A stretch of 64,000 nt of DNA from an uncultured Acidobacteriota bacterium. Lineage in GTDB: Bacteria > Acidobacteriota > Thermoanaerobaculia > Multivoradales > SZUA-115. Position numbers and translations under genes: made by a program. The DNA lies in the NCBI GenBank assembly GCA_963805975.1, contig CAWDVR010000004.1:288001-352000 (forward strand), given 5' to 3'. The notes under the pieces were generated by a model that worked only from the letters and a program-made list of their open reading frames with translations, made no database searches and was not told the DNA's origin. Below, in pieces: positions 51,872 through 61,970 of this stretch (position 1 is its first letter; the number at the start of each line of letters is the position of its first letter).

Positions 51872-53857
51872 TCAATGTACGTATCCCAAGGCTTCCAGGG
51901 CCCGTCGCTGCTCGGGCGTCAGCACCGGCGCCGCCGCTGCCGGCGCCACCGCGAGCGGCGGCAGCAGCGCGGCGAGGACGGCGACCAGGTCGGGCCTGGC
52001 GGCGCCCAGGTCGCGCGTCTCACCGGGGTCGGCGTCGAGGTCGTAGAGCTCCCGCCGTCCGCCGTGCTCGATCAGCTTCCAGTTGCCGAGCACCACGGCG
52101 CGCCCGGGCTCGGCCGCCAGCGCGCCGAAGTACGGGGCCTTTCCCGGGTCGCCCGTGCTCTCGATCACCACCGGGCGCCGGGCCAGGGGTCGCCGGAGGT
52201 CCCGGCCGGCGCCCGGCAGCTCGACCCCCGCGATGGCGGCGACGGTGGCGGCGACGTCCGTCAGGTCGACCGGCTCGGCGCTCGCCGCGATGCGTCGCCC
52301 AAGCGGCGGCAGCACCACGAGAGGCACGCGCACCTCTTCGTTGTAGAGCGCGGTGCCGTGCTCGGTGACGCCGTGCTCGCCGAAGGCCTCGCCGTGGTCG
52401 GCGGTGATGAACACCCAGCCGTGCTCCGAGAACCGCCGCCGGTCGAGCTCGGCCAGCAGGCCGGCCACCGCCAGGTCGAGCGCACAGATCTCCTCGTCGT
52501 AGCGGACCACGAGGCGTGACAGGAGCTCCGGAGGATGGGCGAGCAAGGGGTGCTCGATGGGCTCGCGCCAGCTCCAGGGCCGAAAGCGCCCGCGGCAGGG
52601 GAGGGGTGGAGCATAGAGCGCGTGCGGCTCGAAGTAGTTGGCGAGCACGAAGCAAGGCCCGCCCTGGCAGGCGTCCAGCGCGGCGAGCACCCACTGGTTG
52701 ATGCGCGGCGCGGCCGGATGCCAGAGCAGGGCGTCGGGGAAGAGGCCCGGCACGGCGAGGCGGCGCAGGTGCTCGCCGAGCACCGGGATCCCCGCGGTCG
52801 AGGGCGGCAGGCCGAAGGAGTCGAACCCCCGTGCGAAGCCGCCCGACAGCACGACCTGAGGGTTCGCCACCACGCCGTGGCTCTCGTAGCCGGAGGCGCG
52901 CAGGCGCTCGGCGAGCGTCGCCACCTCCGGCCGCAGCTTCCCGGCCCGCTGCCGAGCCTCGCCCGCGGCCCGCTGGAAGCGAGCTCCGTGCTCGGACGGC
53001 AGGAGGCCGGTCAACAGGGAGCCGTGCGAGGGGATCGTCCAGTTGCCGTTGGCGAAGGCGCGCGGATAGACCGCGATCGGCCGCCCGTCCTCGAAGAGCG
53101 CCTCGAGCTTCGAGGTCGTCGGCCGCGAGTAGCCGTCCCACGACAGGTGGTCGGCGCGCACCGTGTCGAGCACCAGGACGAGGATGGACGGCCGCTGTGC
53201 CGCCGCGGCCCGGCTCGCCGCCGCCGGTGCCGCGGCCTCCGGCGGCACGGGAACCTGGTACCAGGCCCACAGCACGGCGGCTACCGCCGGCAGCACGGCG
53301 GCGAGCGCGAGCCGCCAGGCCAGGCTGCGGCCTGGCCGCAGCCAGAGGGCCAGCGCCAGGCAGACCAGGAAGAGGGCCAGATGGGGCCTGGCCCACTCGA
53401 CGGACCAGGCGGGCAGGCCGAACGTCGGCAGCGCCCAGCCGGAGTAGATGACGGCGGCGAAGAAGGTCGCCCCGGCGGCGGCGATGGCCGCGCCGCGCGG
53501 CACCGGCTTCGCCAGCGCCAGCGCCGCGGCGAGCGCGATCGCGGGCAGCAGGCAGCGGGCCAGAACCGGCAGCGGTCCCGAGGTCTGCCAGATCCACCAG
53601 CGGACGGCGGTGAGCTGGGTCAGCGCCACCCAGGCGGAGAGGGTGAGCACCAGGGGCAGCCGGAGGCGTGCCGCCAAGAGGCCCAGCAGGCCGGAGCCCA
53701 GGATCCCCAGCGCGAGGCACAGCAGGAAATAGAAGGGGGAGAGCGGCCAGCGGCCGGCGAGCCGGGCGTAGAGGCTGGCGTAGAGGGTGACGAGCGCCCC
53801 CGCCAGTACCAGGGCTCGGGCTTGCGAAGGGTGGTCACGCTCCACGGTGGGCGCCAT
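51872..53857 (-). CDS. Membrane-anchored sulfatase-like hydrolase/transferase
   Basis: TM N-terminus, LDTVRADHL, WTIPSHGSLLTG, EPH, TADHGEAFGEHG, ELYDLDADPGE. The start may be the GTG at VERDH. Confidence 0.88.
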   Translation of the reverse strand: MAPTVERDHPSQARALVLAGALVTLYASLYARLAGRWPLSPFYFLLCLALGILGSGLLGLLAARLRLPLVLTLSAWVALTQLTAVRWWIWQTSGPLPVLARCLLPAIALAAALALAKPVPRGAAIAAAGATFFAAVIYSGWALPTFGLPAWSVEWARPHLALFLVCLALALWLRPGRSLAWRLALAAVLPAVAAVLWAWYQVPVPPEAAAPAAASRAAAAQRPSILVLVLDTVRADHLSWDGYSRPTTSKLEALFEDGRPIAVYPRAFANGNWTIPSHGSLLTGLLPSEHGARFQRAAGEARQRAGKLRPEVATLAERLRASGYESHGVVANPQVVLSGGFARGFDSFGLPPSTAGIPVLGEHLRRLAVPGLFPDALLWHPAAPRINQWVLAALDACQGGPCFVLANYFEPHALYAPPLPCRGRFRPWSWREPIEHPLLAHPPELLSRLVVRYDEEICALDLAVAGLLAELDRRRFSEHGWVFITADHGEAFGEHGVTEHGTALYNEEVRVPLVVLPPLGRRIAASAEPVDLTDVAATVAAIAGVELPGAGRDLRRPLARRPVVIESTGDPGKAPYFGALAAEPGRAVVLGNWKLIEHGGRRELYDLDADPGETRDLGAARPDLVAVLAALLPPLAVAPAAAAPVLTPEQRRALEALGYVH

Positions 53858-53912
53858 TCTATGCACCCGCCGCCGCCCGCCCGGGCGGCCGGCCGCGATT
53901 AGACTGCCGCGG

Positions 53913-56246
53913 ATGAGCGTTGCCGTGCGTGGTTTCATCCTCCAGCCGACCTATCGCATCGAAGGCGGCAGGACGGTGGTGCAGCTCTTCGGCAAGCTGG
54001 AGACGGGTGAGCCCTTCCTGGTGCGCGACGGCCGCGAGAAGCCGCACTTCTACGTCGCGGCCGAGGATGCGGTGCGGGCGCGGAGCCTCGGTGCCCAGCC
54101 GCTCGCGCCGACCTCCCGCGTCACCCTCGAAGGGAGGAAGCCGGTGGTGCGGGTCGAGGTGCCGACCCCTCCGGACACCCCGGCGCTCCGCGACCGGCTG
54201 CGCGACGCCGGCATCGCCTGCTACGAGGCGGACGTGCGCTTCGCCCTGCGCTTCCTGATCGACCGCGGCATCAAGGGCTCGCTCGCGATCACGGGAGAGC
54301 CGCGCCAGGTGCCGGGCGTGGGCTTGGTCTTCGACGATCCCCAGCTCGCCCCGGCCGACTGGCGGCCGTCGCCCACCGTGCTCTCCTTCGACATCGAGAC
54401 CGATCCGCGCGCCCGGCGGCTGCTGTCGATCGCCCTCTACGGCTGCGGCGCCGCCGAGGTGCTGCTGCTGACCCCCGAGGGCTGGACCTGTCCCGAGAGC
54501 GCCGTGCCTTTCGCCAGCGAGCGGGACCTGCTCGCCGCCTTCGTCCGCAGGGTGCGAGAGCTCGACCCGGACGTCCTCACCGGCTGGAACGCCGTCGACT
54601 TCGACCTCACGGTGCTCGCCCGCATCGGAGCGCGGGTCGGGGTGCCGCTCGAGCTCGGCCGCGGGCCGGGCCTGCTGCGCCTGCGGGAGGAGCGATCGCT
54701 GCGCGGTGGCAGCCAGGCCACGATCCCCGGCCGGCTGGTGCTCGACGGCATCGAGCTGCTGCGCGGCGCCTTCGTGCGCATGGAGGAGTACTCGCTCGAC
54801 TTCGTCGCCCGGCAGGTGCTCGGCGAGGGCAAGCTCCTCGCCGGCCACGACCGCGGCGAAGAGATCCTGCGCCAGTTCAAGGAGGACCGCGCGCGGCTGG
54901 TGGACTACAACCTCACCGACGCCCGCCTGGTGATGGAGATCCTGGAACGGCTCCAGGTCATCGAGCTGGCCGTCGAGCGGAGCCTTCTGACCGGCATGCC
55001 GCTCGACCGGGTGGCGGCGTCGATCGCCTCCTTCGACTTCCTCTACCTCTCCGAGCTCGGCCGGCGCGGGGTGGTGGCGCCCACCGTGGGCTGGGGCGCC
55101 AGCTCCGAGATCCCGACCGGTGGCGGGCACGTGCTGGAGCCCGAGCCGGGGCTCTACCGGAACGTCCTGGTCTTCGACTTCAAGAGCCTGTACCCGAGCC
55201 TCATCCGCACCTTCCACATCGACCCGCTCGGCTACCTCCCGTCGCCCGGGCCCGAGGACGACCCGATCGTGGCACCCAACGGCGCCGCGTTCCGCCGCGA
55301 GCCGGGCATCCTCTCGCAGTTGCTCGACGACCTCTTCCCGCGGCGCGAGGTGGCGAGAAAGGCCGGCGACGCGGTGGCCACCCACGCCATCAAGATCCTG
55401 ATGAACAGTTTCTACGGCGTGCTCGGCACCCCGGCCTGCCGCTTCTACAACCCGCTGGTGGCCAACGCCATCACCAGCTTTGGCCGCGAGATCCTGCTGT
55501 GGTCGAAGGCCCGCTTCGAGGCCTACGGGCACCGCGTGCTCTACGGCGACACGGACAGCCTGTTCGTGGCCTCGGGCGAAGAGGAGGCCGCGGCCGCGCG
55601 GGCGGTGGGCACCCGCCTGGCGGCGGCGCTCAACCGCGATCTCGCGGCCCACGTCGCCGCCACCTGGCGGGCGGAGAGCCGGCTCGAGCTGCAGTTCGAG
55701 CGGCTGTACCTGAAGCTCCACCTGGGCTCGGTGCGCCACGGCACGGGAGGCGCCCGCAAGCGCTACGCGGGGTGGATCGAGGACGTCGCAGGCGCCGAGC
55801 GCGTGGTGTTCACCGGCATGGAGTCCGTTCGCCGCGACGCGACCGAGCTCGCCAAGCAGGTGCAGCGCGGGCTCTACGAGCGGCTGTTCACCGAGCAGCC
55901 GGTCGAGGGCTACCTGCGGAACGTCGTCGAGGAGCTCCGGGCCGGCCGGCTCGACGCCCTCCTGGTCTACCGCAAGGCCTTGCGCAAGCCGCCCGAGGAC
56001 TACACCACCACCACGCCACCCCACGTGGCGGCGGCGCGGAAGCTCGCCTCGCAGCCGCGCCGGGGCCTGATCTCCTATTTGATGACCGTCAACGGCCCGG
56101 AGCCCACCGCCGAGGTCGCGAGCCCGCTCGACTACGACCACTACGTGGACAAGCAGGTGCAGCCGGTAGCCGAGCCGATCCTAGCCCTCCTGGGCCTCGA
56201 CTTCCGCCGGGTCACGGGGGAGGAGAAGCAGTTGGGGCTGTTCTGA
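53913..56246 (+). CDS. polB: DNA polymerase II (family B)
   Basis: SFDIET exonuclease motif, DFKSLYPS, KILMNSFYG, YGDTDS, KRYAG, PPHVAAARK. Confidence 0.95.
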   Translation: MSVAVRGFILQPTYRIEGGRTVVQLFGKLETGEPFLVRDGREKPHFYVAAEDAVRARSLGAQPLAPTSRVTLEGRKPVVRVEVPTPPDTPALRDRLRDAGIACYEADVRFALRFLIDRGIKGSLAITGEPRQVPGVGLVFDDPQLAPADWRPSPTVLSFDIETDPRARRLLSIALYGCGAAEVLLLTPEGWTCPESAVPFASERDLLAAFVRRVRELDPDVLTGWNAVDFDLTVLARIGARVGVPLELGRGPGLLRLREERSLRGGSQATIPGRLVLDGIELLRGAFVRMEEYSLDFVARQVLGEGKLLAGHDRGEEILRQFKEDRARLVDYNLTDARLVMEILERLQVIELAVERSLLTGMPLDRVAASIASFDFLYLSELGRRGVVAPTVGWGASSEIPTGGGHVLEPEPGLYRNVLVFDFKSLYPSLIRTFHIDPLGYLPSPGPEDDPIVAPNGAAFRREPGILSQLLDDLFPRREVARKAGDAVATHAIKILMNSFYGVLGTPACRFYNPLVANAITSFGREILLWSKARFEAYGHRVLYGDTDSLFVASGEEEAAAARAVGTRLAAALNRDLAAHVAATWRAESRLELQFERLYLKLHLGSVRHGTGGARKRYAGWIEDVAGAERVVFTGMESVRRDATELAKQVQRGLYERLFTEQPVEGYLRNVVEELRAGRLDALLVYRKALRKPPEDYTTTTPPHVAAARKLASQPRRGLISYLMTVNGPEPTAEVASPLDYDHYVDKQVQPVAEPILALLGLDFRRVTGEEKQLGLF

Positions 56247-56287
56247 TCGAGACTCCTGGGCGGTCGCCGCCCTGGGCTCGGGTCAGC

Positions 56288-58057
56288 TCAACCCGGCTTC
56301 CGCGGCAGGCGGGTCTTGCTCTCTCCCCCGACCAGCACCAGCGCCGTCGCCTTGCCGTTCTCGACCTCGAAGGTCATGCCGTAGCCGGGCGGTGCGCCGG
56401 CGGCGCGGAAATGGGTGGCGGTCTCGGGCAGCAGGATGAAGGTCTCCTCGCCCAGGATCGCGGCCTTGAGCTTGTCGCCTTCGAGCCGGACGGTCACCGA
56501 GAGGCCGCCTCCCTCCTGCGCGTAGGTGCCGGCGAAGCGGCCGAGGTCCGCGGCGCTGAGCTCCACCGCGCTCACTTTCGGGACCTCGAGCAGGAAGGGC
56601 GCGCGGCGGATGCGCGAGACGCACGACGTATCGAGACCGCGCGTGCTGCCGGCCTCGATGAACGCGGTCACCATCTCCGGCAGGCACTCCGCGCCGGCCA
56701 TGCCGTCGGTGCCGTGGCTGCCGTCCGGGATCACCAGGTGCAGGCTGTTGGGCAGATGGCTCGCCACCCGCTCGGCGCCCGCCGCCGGGGTCGCCGGGTC
56801 GCGCTCGCCCGAGAGGAGGAGCGCCGGCACCTCGGAGCGCACCGGCTCGAGGACGCTCGGCGGCAGCTTTCTCGCCGGCCACTCGGCGCAGGCGGCAAGC
56901 TGCTGGCGGACACGGAAGTCCCCCATGAAAGAGCCGGCGACCGCTGCCGGCACCTGGGAGCGGTCGATGAAGGCCACGTCCTCCGGGCAGACGACCGAAA
57001 GGTAGAACCCCTCGGACATCTGCGTCAGGCCGCTGCCGAAGAAGTAGGCCGTCTCGGCCAGCGGGCGGAAGTCGCCCTGGGCCGCGGCGTGGAGGTAGGC
57101 CGGGATCGCCACCGCGGTGGCCGGTACGTACAGCATGTAGCGCACGGTCTGCGCGAAGCCGGGGTACGCGAGCCGGACCGGCTCGGGCTCGCCGGTCGTG
57201 GGGTGCTCGATCTCGACCGTCACCGGCGCGGTCTCCAGCCGCTTCGCGATCGCCGCGAGATCCGCAGGGAGGTCCGGGAACGCGCCGTGGCAGGCGGCGT
57301 CGCCCGCGCACTCGGCGAAGAGCCCGTCGAGCGCCTCCTGCGTGTGCTGGGCGAGGAACAGGGGCATGCGCTCGTCGGAGGGGACCACTCCCTCGAGGAT
57401 GATGGTCCGCACCTGATCCGGGTGCCGGGCGAGGAAGACCTGCACGGCGCGGGTGCCGTAGGAGCCACCGAGCAGGTTGGCCTTGGGGTAGCCCAGGGCG
57501 AGGAGCATCTCGGCCACATCGTCCGTGGCCTCGATCGAGGTGTAGAGATCGAGGCGGCGCCCCTCCTTCTCCAGCCGTTCGCGGCAACGGCGCACCGCAT
57601 CGGCCGGCATGAAGCTGTCGAGGAAAGCCTGTACGCCGCCTTTCCGGGCGGAAAGCTCGTCGCACATCAGCGCCGCCGAGCCGCCGGTGCCGCGCACGTC
57701 GACGAGCACGATGTCGCGGTGGGTGCGGAGAGCCTTGAAGGCGTGCGCGAGGCCGGCCGCCCCGTCGGTGGCCGCTTCGCCGGGCCCGCCCGAGAAGTAG
57801 ACCAGCGGATCGGGCTCGCGAGGCGTGCCGGTCGCAGGCAGCACGACGATCTTGAGCGGGATCTTCCGGCCCTGCCGGGTCTCCCGGTTCTCGAACACCT
57901 CGTAAGTGCCGCACCGGGCTTCGCCGTCGAGGCTGGGGACACTGCAGGAAGTGAGCTTGACCTTGGCTTCACCGCTTTTGTCGGCAGCGGAGCAAGCCGC
58001 CGAGGAGCCGAGGAATGCGAGGCAGAGCAAGAGCCGGGCGGGGATCGATGGCTGCAT
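56288..58057 (-). CDS. Alpha/beta hydrolase (TAP-like peptidase) with C-terminal DUF3471-like domain
   Basis: Signal peptide, GGPG, DVRGTG, GGSYGT, SGERDPATP, SHG. Confidence 0.88.
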   Translation of the reverse strand: MQPSIPARLLLCLAFLGSSAACSAADKSGEAKVKLTSCSVPSLDGEARCGTYEVFENRETRQGRKIPLKIVVLPATGTPREPDPLVYFSGGPGEAATDGAAGLAHAFKALRTHRDIVLVDVRGTGGSAALMCDELSARKGGVQAFLDSFMPADAVRRCRERLEKEGRRLDLYTSIEATDDVAEMLLALGYPKANLLGGSYGTRAVQVFLARHPDQVRTIILEGVVPSDERMPLFLAQHTQEALDGLFAECAGDAACHGAFPDLPADLAAIAKRLETAPVTVEIEHPTTGEPEPVRLAYPGFAQTVRYMLYVPATAVAIPAYLHAAAQGDFRPLAETAYFFGSGLTQMSEGFYLSVVCPEDVAFIDRSQVPAAVAGSFMGDFRVRQQLAACAEWPARKLPPSVLEPVRSEVPALLLSGERDPATPAAGAERVASHLPNSLHLVIPDGSHGTDGMAGAECLPEMVTAFIEAGSTRGLDTSCVSRIRRAPFLLEVPKVSAVELSAADLGRFAGTYAQEGGGLSVTVRLEGDKLKAAILGEETFILLPETATHFRAAGAPPGYGMTFEVENGKATALVLVGGESKTRLPRKPG

Positions 58058-58144
58058 GAGCGGGCTCCGGGAGAGACGAGGGCGGGTGGCTCCGCCCCCT
58101 GTCGAGAGTACGGCAGGAAGGCGGGCTGAGTTGCAGCGCTCGCT

Positions 58145-58696
58145 CTACGTCGCCCCGTGGGCCTTGAGCAGCTCCACCATCGCCTCCTGCTTGCCCAGCA
58201 CCGCGTGCCGCAGCAGCGGGATGCGGTGCGGCCCCGGCAGGTCCACCACCTTCGGGTCGAAGGCCAGGAACGCCTTCACGAGGGCGATCTCGCCGAGCAT
58301 CGCGGCGCAGAACACGTCCATCCGCGCCCCACGCGAGAGGAGGAACCGCGCGATCTCCGCGTTGCCCATGTGCGAGGCGCCGCCCAGACCCGTCTCCCAA
58401 TCGCCGCCGCCCCAGTCCCAGGTGGCGTTCACCAGCGCCGGCACCGCGTCCAGCATCTCGCGCGTGCGCCCCAGGTTGCCGTGCGCGGCCCCCACGAACT
58501 CCTTCACCAGGCCCGGGTCCAACTGCGGCCCGCGATCCGGGGTCGCTTTCTGGGTCGACCCGGCCCCTCCCGCCTGCGCACGGGCCTCGAGGCCCACCAC
58601 GCCCAGAACTCCGGCCAGCGCCGTCCAGCGCGCACCGTGGCGGAGCAGCTCTTTTCTCGTCATCTCCTGAAGCAATCCGGCCGGCTCGTCTCGCAT
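58145..58696 (-). CDS. Small ankyrin-like repeat protein with Tat-like leader
   Basis: GAGGAGG RBS, TRKELLR plus hydrophobic stretch ending ARA, FVGAAHGN, DWETGLGGASHMG, LLSRGA, LLKAHGA. Confidence 0.8.
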   Translation of the reverse strand: MRDEPAGLLQEMTRKELLRHGARWTALAGVLGVVGLEARAQAGGAGSTQKATPDRGPQLDPGLVKEFVGAAHGNLGRTREMLDAVPALVNATWDWGGGDWETGLGGASHMGNAEIARFLLSRGARMDVFCAAMLGEIALVKAFLAFDPKVVDLPGPHRIPLLRHAVLGKQEAMVELLKAHGAT

Positions 58697-58822
58697 CGCC
58701 TTTCCTCCTCGGTCCAAGCTATCCCGGCGCCGGGGAGGGCGCATCTGCGGGCGGTCGTAGGCGGCGCCTATGTCTTTCGGCCTACGCGGTGCCGCGGGCC
58801 GCGCGCTAAGCTCGCCCGCGGC

Positions 58823-59950
58823 ATGACCTCCCTCCCTCGCGACACCCTGCGCCTCCTCGCCTGGGCGGGGACCGCCGCCTGGCTGGCGGTGGGCTCCCCG
58901 GTGCTCGCCGGGGGCTCGATCCAGTCCGGCCGCTTCCTCCTCTGGCTGGCCTCGTTCCTGCTCTTCGGCGCCGCGTTTCTCGCCACCGTGCGCCAGCTCG
59001 CCCGCGGCGGGGCCGGCGTGCGGTGGCTGCTGGCCTTCCAGGTGGCGGCGGTCCTCGGTCTCGTGCTCACCCTCTGCGACGGCTACGAGGGCACGCTCTT
59101 GGTGCTGGTGGCCATGGTGCTCGGCCTCACCGCCCCGCGCCGGACCGGCCTCGCCTGGATCCTCGTGCAGTCGCTCGCCCTCACCGCCGCCATCGCCTAC
59201 CACTGGTCGGCGCGGCCGGCGCTGCTCCTGGCGCCGCCCTACCTGGGCTTCCAGCTCCTGGCTTTCTTCGTCCTCTCCTCGCTGGGCCGCGAAACGCGGG
59301 CGCGCGAGGCACTCGCGCGCTCACATGCCGAGCTCGAGGCGACGCAGGACCTGCTGGGCGAGAGCGCCCGTCTGGCCGAGCGCCTGCGCATCTCGCGCGA
59401 GCTCCACGATGCCGTGGGCCATCATCTGGTGGCCCTGTCCCTCAACCTGGAGGCGGCCCTCCACCGCCACGGCGCGGACGACGAGGAGCTGGCGACCGCG
59501 CGCTCGCTGGCGCGCCTGGTGCTGACCGACCTCGGCGAGATGGTCGCGACCCTCCGCCACGAGGGCGGCGTGGACCTCGGCCGTGCCCTCGGGCTCCTGG
59601 CGCGCGACATCCCGCGGCCCCGGGTCCATCTCGAGGCTCCGGCCTCGTTCCGTCTTGCGGACCCGGAGCGCGCCCACGCCCTGCTGCGCTGCTGCCAGGA
59701 GGCGATCACCAACGCGGTCAAGCATTCCGGCGCCGAGAACCTCTGGCTCTCCGTGGCGCGCGAGGACGGCGTCGCGGTGCTCGCGGCCCACGACGACGGC
59801 CGCGGCGCGGCAGCCTTCGAGCCCGGCCACGGCCTCGCCGGCATGCGCGAGCGGCTGGCGGCCTTCGGCGGCACCCTGACGACGGAGGCCCGCCCCGGCG
59901 CCGGTTTCCGCCTGACGATCCGGCTGCCCCTCGCCGAGGAGCCGGCGTGA
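58823..59950 (+). CDS. Membrane sensor histidine kinase (HisKA_3)
   Basis: TM helices, ERLRISRELHDAVGH, QEAITNAVKHS, DDGRG, GHGLAGMRER. Confidence 0.93.
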   Translation: MTSLPRDTLRLLAWAGTAAWLAVGSPVLAGGSIQSGRFLLWLASFLLFGAAFLATVRQLARGGAGVRWLLAFQVAAVLGLVLTLCDGYEGTLLVLVAMVLGLTAPRRTGLAWILVQSLALTAAIAYHWSARPALLLAPPYLGFQLLAFFVLSSLGRETRAREALARSHAELEATQDLLGESARLAERLRISRELHDAVGHHLVALSLNLEAALHRHGADDEELATARSLARLVLTDLGEMVATLRHEGGVDLGRALGLLARDIPRPRVHLEAPASFRLADPERAHALLRCCQEAITNAVKHSGAENLWLSVAREDGVAVLAAHDDGRGAAAFEPGHGLAGMRERLAAFGGTLTTEARPGAGFRLTIRLPLAEEPA

Positions 59951-60603
59951 TCCGCGTGCTGATCGCCGAGGACGAGACCCTGGTCCGCCGCGGCCTGGTG
60001 AAGCTGCTCGAGCTCGAAGCGGGCGTCCTCGTGGTGGGCGAGGCCCAGGACGGCGACGAGGCGCTCGCCCTCGTCGAGCGGCTGCGGCCGGACGTCGTGC
60101 TCCTCGATCTGCGGATGCCGCGGCGTGACGGGCTCGAGGTGCTGGCGGCGCTCGCCGGACGGGAGGGAGCGCCGCGCTGCCTGGTGCTCACCACCTTCGA
60201 CGACGCCGAGCTGTTCCTCAAGGCGGCGCGAGCCGGCGCCGCCGGCTACCTGCGAAAAGACGTGCCGCTCGAAGAGCTGCTGGCGGCGATCCGCACCGTG
60301 GCCGGCGGCGGCACCTACCTGCAGCCGGCCCTGACCGCGAGCCTGTTGCGCGGCTTCGAGGCGGTGCGCCGGGGCGCCGCGACCTCGACCGCCGGCGGCT
60401 CGCCGCTCCTCGAGCCGCTGACGGCGCGGGAGACCGAGGTGCTTCGCCTGATGGCCCGCGGCCTCTCCAACCGCGAGATCGGCCTCGCCCTCGACGCCGC
60501 GGAGGGCACGGTCAAGATCCACGTCTCGAGCATCCTCGGCAAGCTCGCGGTGCGCGACCGCACGCAGGCGGTGTTGAAGGGGATCGAGCTGGCGATTCTC
60601 TAG
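59947..60603 (+). CDS. NarL/LuxR-family response regulator
   Basis: GTGA overlap, LIAEDE, DLRMP, LTTFD, LTARETEVL, TVKIHVSSILGKL. Confidence 0.93.
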   Translation: MIRVLIAEDETLVRRGLVKLLELEAGVLVVGEAQDGDEALALVERLRPDVVLLDLRMPRRDGLEVLAALAGREGAPRCLVLTTFDDAELFLKAARAGAAGYLRKDVPLEELLAAIRTVAGGGTYLQPALTASLLRGFEAVRRGAATSTAGGSPLLEPLTARETEVLRLMARGLSNREIGLALDAAEGTVKIHVSSILGKLAVRDRTQAVLKGIELAIL

Positions 60604-60695
60604 AGCCTCGCTGTCGGACGCTGGGCTCGTTCGGTCCCGGTTGGGGCACTAGTACTAAGCAGTAGGATCCGCTGGCACTCGCCGAGGAGCCTTCG

Positions 60696-61952
60696 ATGCC
60701 GTCTCGACAACGCCCCGCCCTTGTCGCCGCGCTCGCCGCCTGCTGGGCGGCGACCATCGCTCCTTCCTTGGCGGCAGGAGACTGGCCGCAGTGGGGCGGG
60801 GCTTCCCGCCAGTTCCGGGTGGACGACGTGCAGCTCGCCGACTCCTGGCCCGAGGGCGGGCCGAAGCTGCTGTGGGAGCGTGAGCTAGGCGAGGGCTACG
60901 CCGGCGTGGCGGCGGTCGGTGGACGGCTCTACGCCCACTACCGCGTGGAACAGGAGGAGCGGGTGGTGGCGATCGACGCCGCGACCGGCAAGACGGTCTG
61001 GGAGCAGCCCTATCCCTCGCCCACCACGACCCTCACCGACCAGTACGGCTTCGGCCCGGACGCCACACCCCTGGTGGCGGGGGAGCGGGTCTTCACCATC
61101 GGCTCGCTCGGTGATCTCAAGGCGCTGGACGCGGCCACCGGCAAGGTGCTCTGGACGCAGGAGCTGGTCAAGGGCCTGGGCGGCACCTTCCGCGGCCTGA
61201 GCTACTCGTCGAGCCCCATCGCCTACGGCGACACGGTGATCGCCCAGGTGGGCGGGACCGGCCGCGCCCTGGTGGCCTTCCGCCAGAGCGACGGCGCCGT
61301 CGTCTGGCAGAGCGGCGACTTCGAGGGCTCGGCGGCCTCGCCGCTCCTCATCCGCCTCGGGGAGCGCGATCAGATCGTGGCCTTCCTGGGCTTCGAGCTC
61401 GCCGGCTTCGACCCTGCCACCGGCAAGCTCCTCTGGTCCCACCCGCACAAGACCACCATGGGCCACAACATCTCGACCCCGGTGTGGGGCGACGACGGCG
61501 TGCTCTTCGCCTCCGCGGCCTACGACGGCGGCAGCGCCGCCGTGCGGCTGGTGGCCGAAGGGGGCGCGGTCAAGGTGGAGCCCCTGTGGAAGCACCAGCA
61601 GATGCGGGTGCATTTCACCTCCGCGGTGCGGATGGGCGACCTGGTGCTGGGCTCCTCCGGCGACTTCGGGCCGATCCCGCTCGCGGCGGTCGACATCAAG
61701 ACCGGCAAGATCCTCTGGCGGGACCGGGCCTTCTCCCGCTCGAACCTCCTGCTGGTGGGGGACCGCGTGCTGCTCCTCGACGAGGACGGCACCCTGGGCC
61801 TCGCGACGTTCTCGCCCGAGGGCCTCACCGTCCTCGCCAGGGCCGAGCTCGGCGGGGACCGCAAGTGGACCGTGCCGACCCTCACCGGCAACCGCCTCTA
61901 CGTGCGGGACAGGAAGGTGCTGAAGGCCCTCGAGCTGCCGCTCCGGCAGTGA
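60696..61952 (+). CDS. PQQ-like beta-propeller repeat protein
   Basis: Signal peptide, DWPQWGG, repeated DAATGKxxW units, LYVRD. Confidence 0.9.
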   Translation: MPSRQRPALVAALAACWAATIAPSLAAGDWPQWGGASRQFRVDDVQLADSWPEGGPKLLWERELGEGYAGVAAVGGRLYAHYRVEQEERVVAIDAATGKTVWEQPYPSPTTTLTDQYGFGPDATPLVAGERVFTIGSLGDLKALDAATGKVLWTQELVKGLGGTFRGLSYSSSPIAYGDTVIAQVGGTGRALVAFRQSDGAVVWQSGDFEGSAASPLLIRLGERDQIVAFLGFELAGFDPATGKLLWSHPHKTTMGHNISTPVWGDDGVLFASAAYDGGSAAVRLVAEGGAVKVEPLWKHQQMRVHFTSAVRMGDLVLGSSGDFGPIPLAAVDIKTGKILWRDRAFSRSNLLLVGDRVLLLDEDGTLGLATFSPEGLTVLARAELGGDRKWTVPTLTGNRLYVRDRKVLKALELPLRQ

Positions 61953-61970
61953 GAGTGGGCGGGTGACGCC

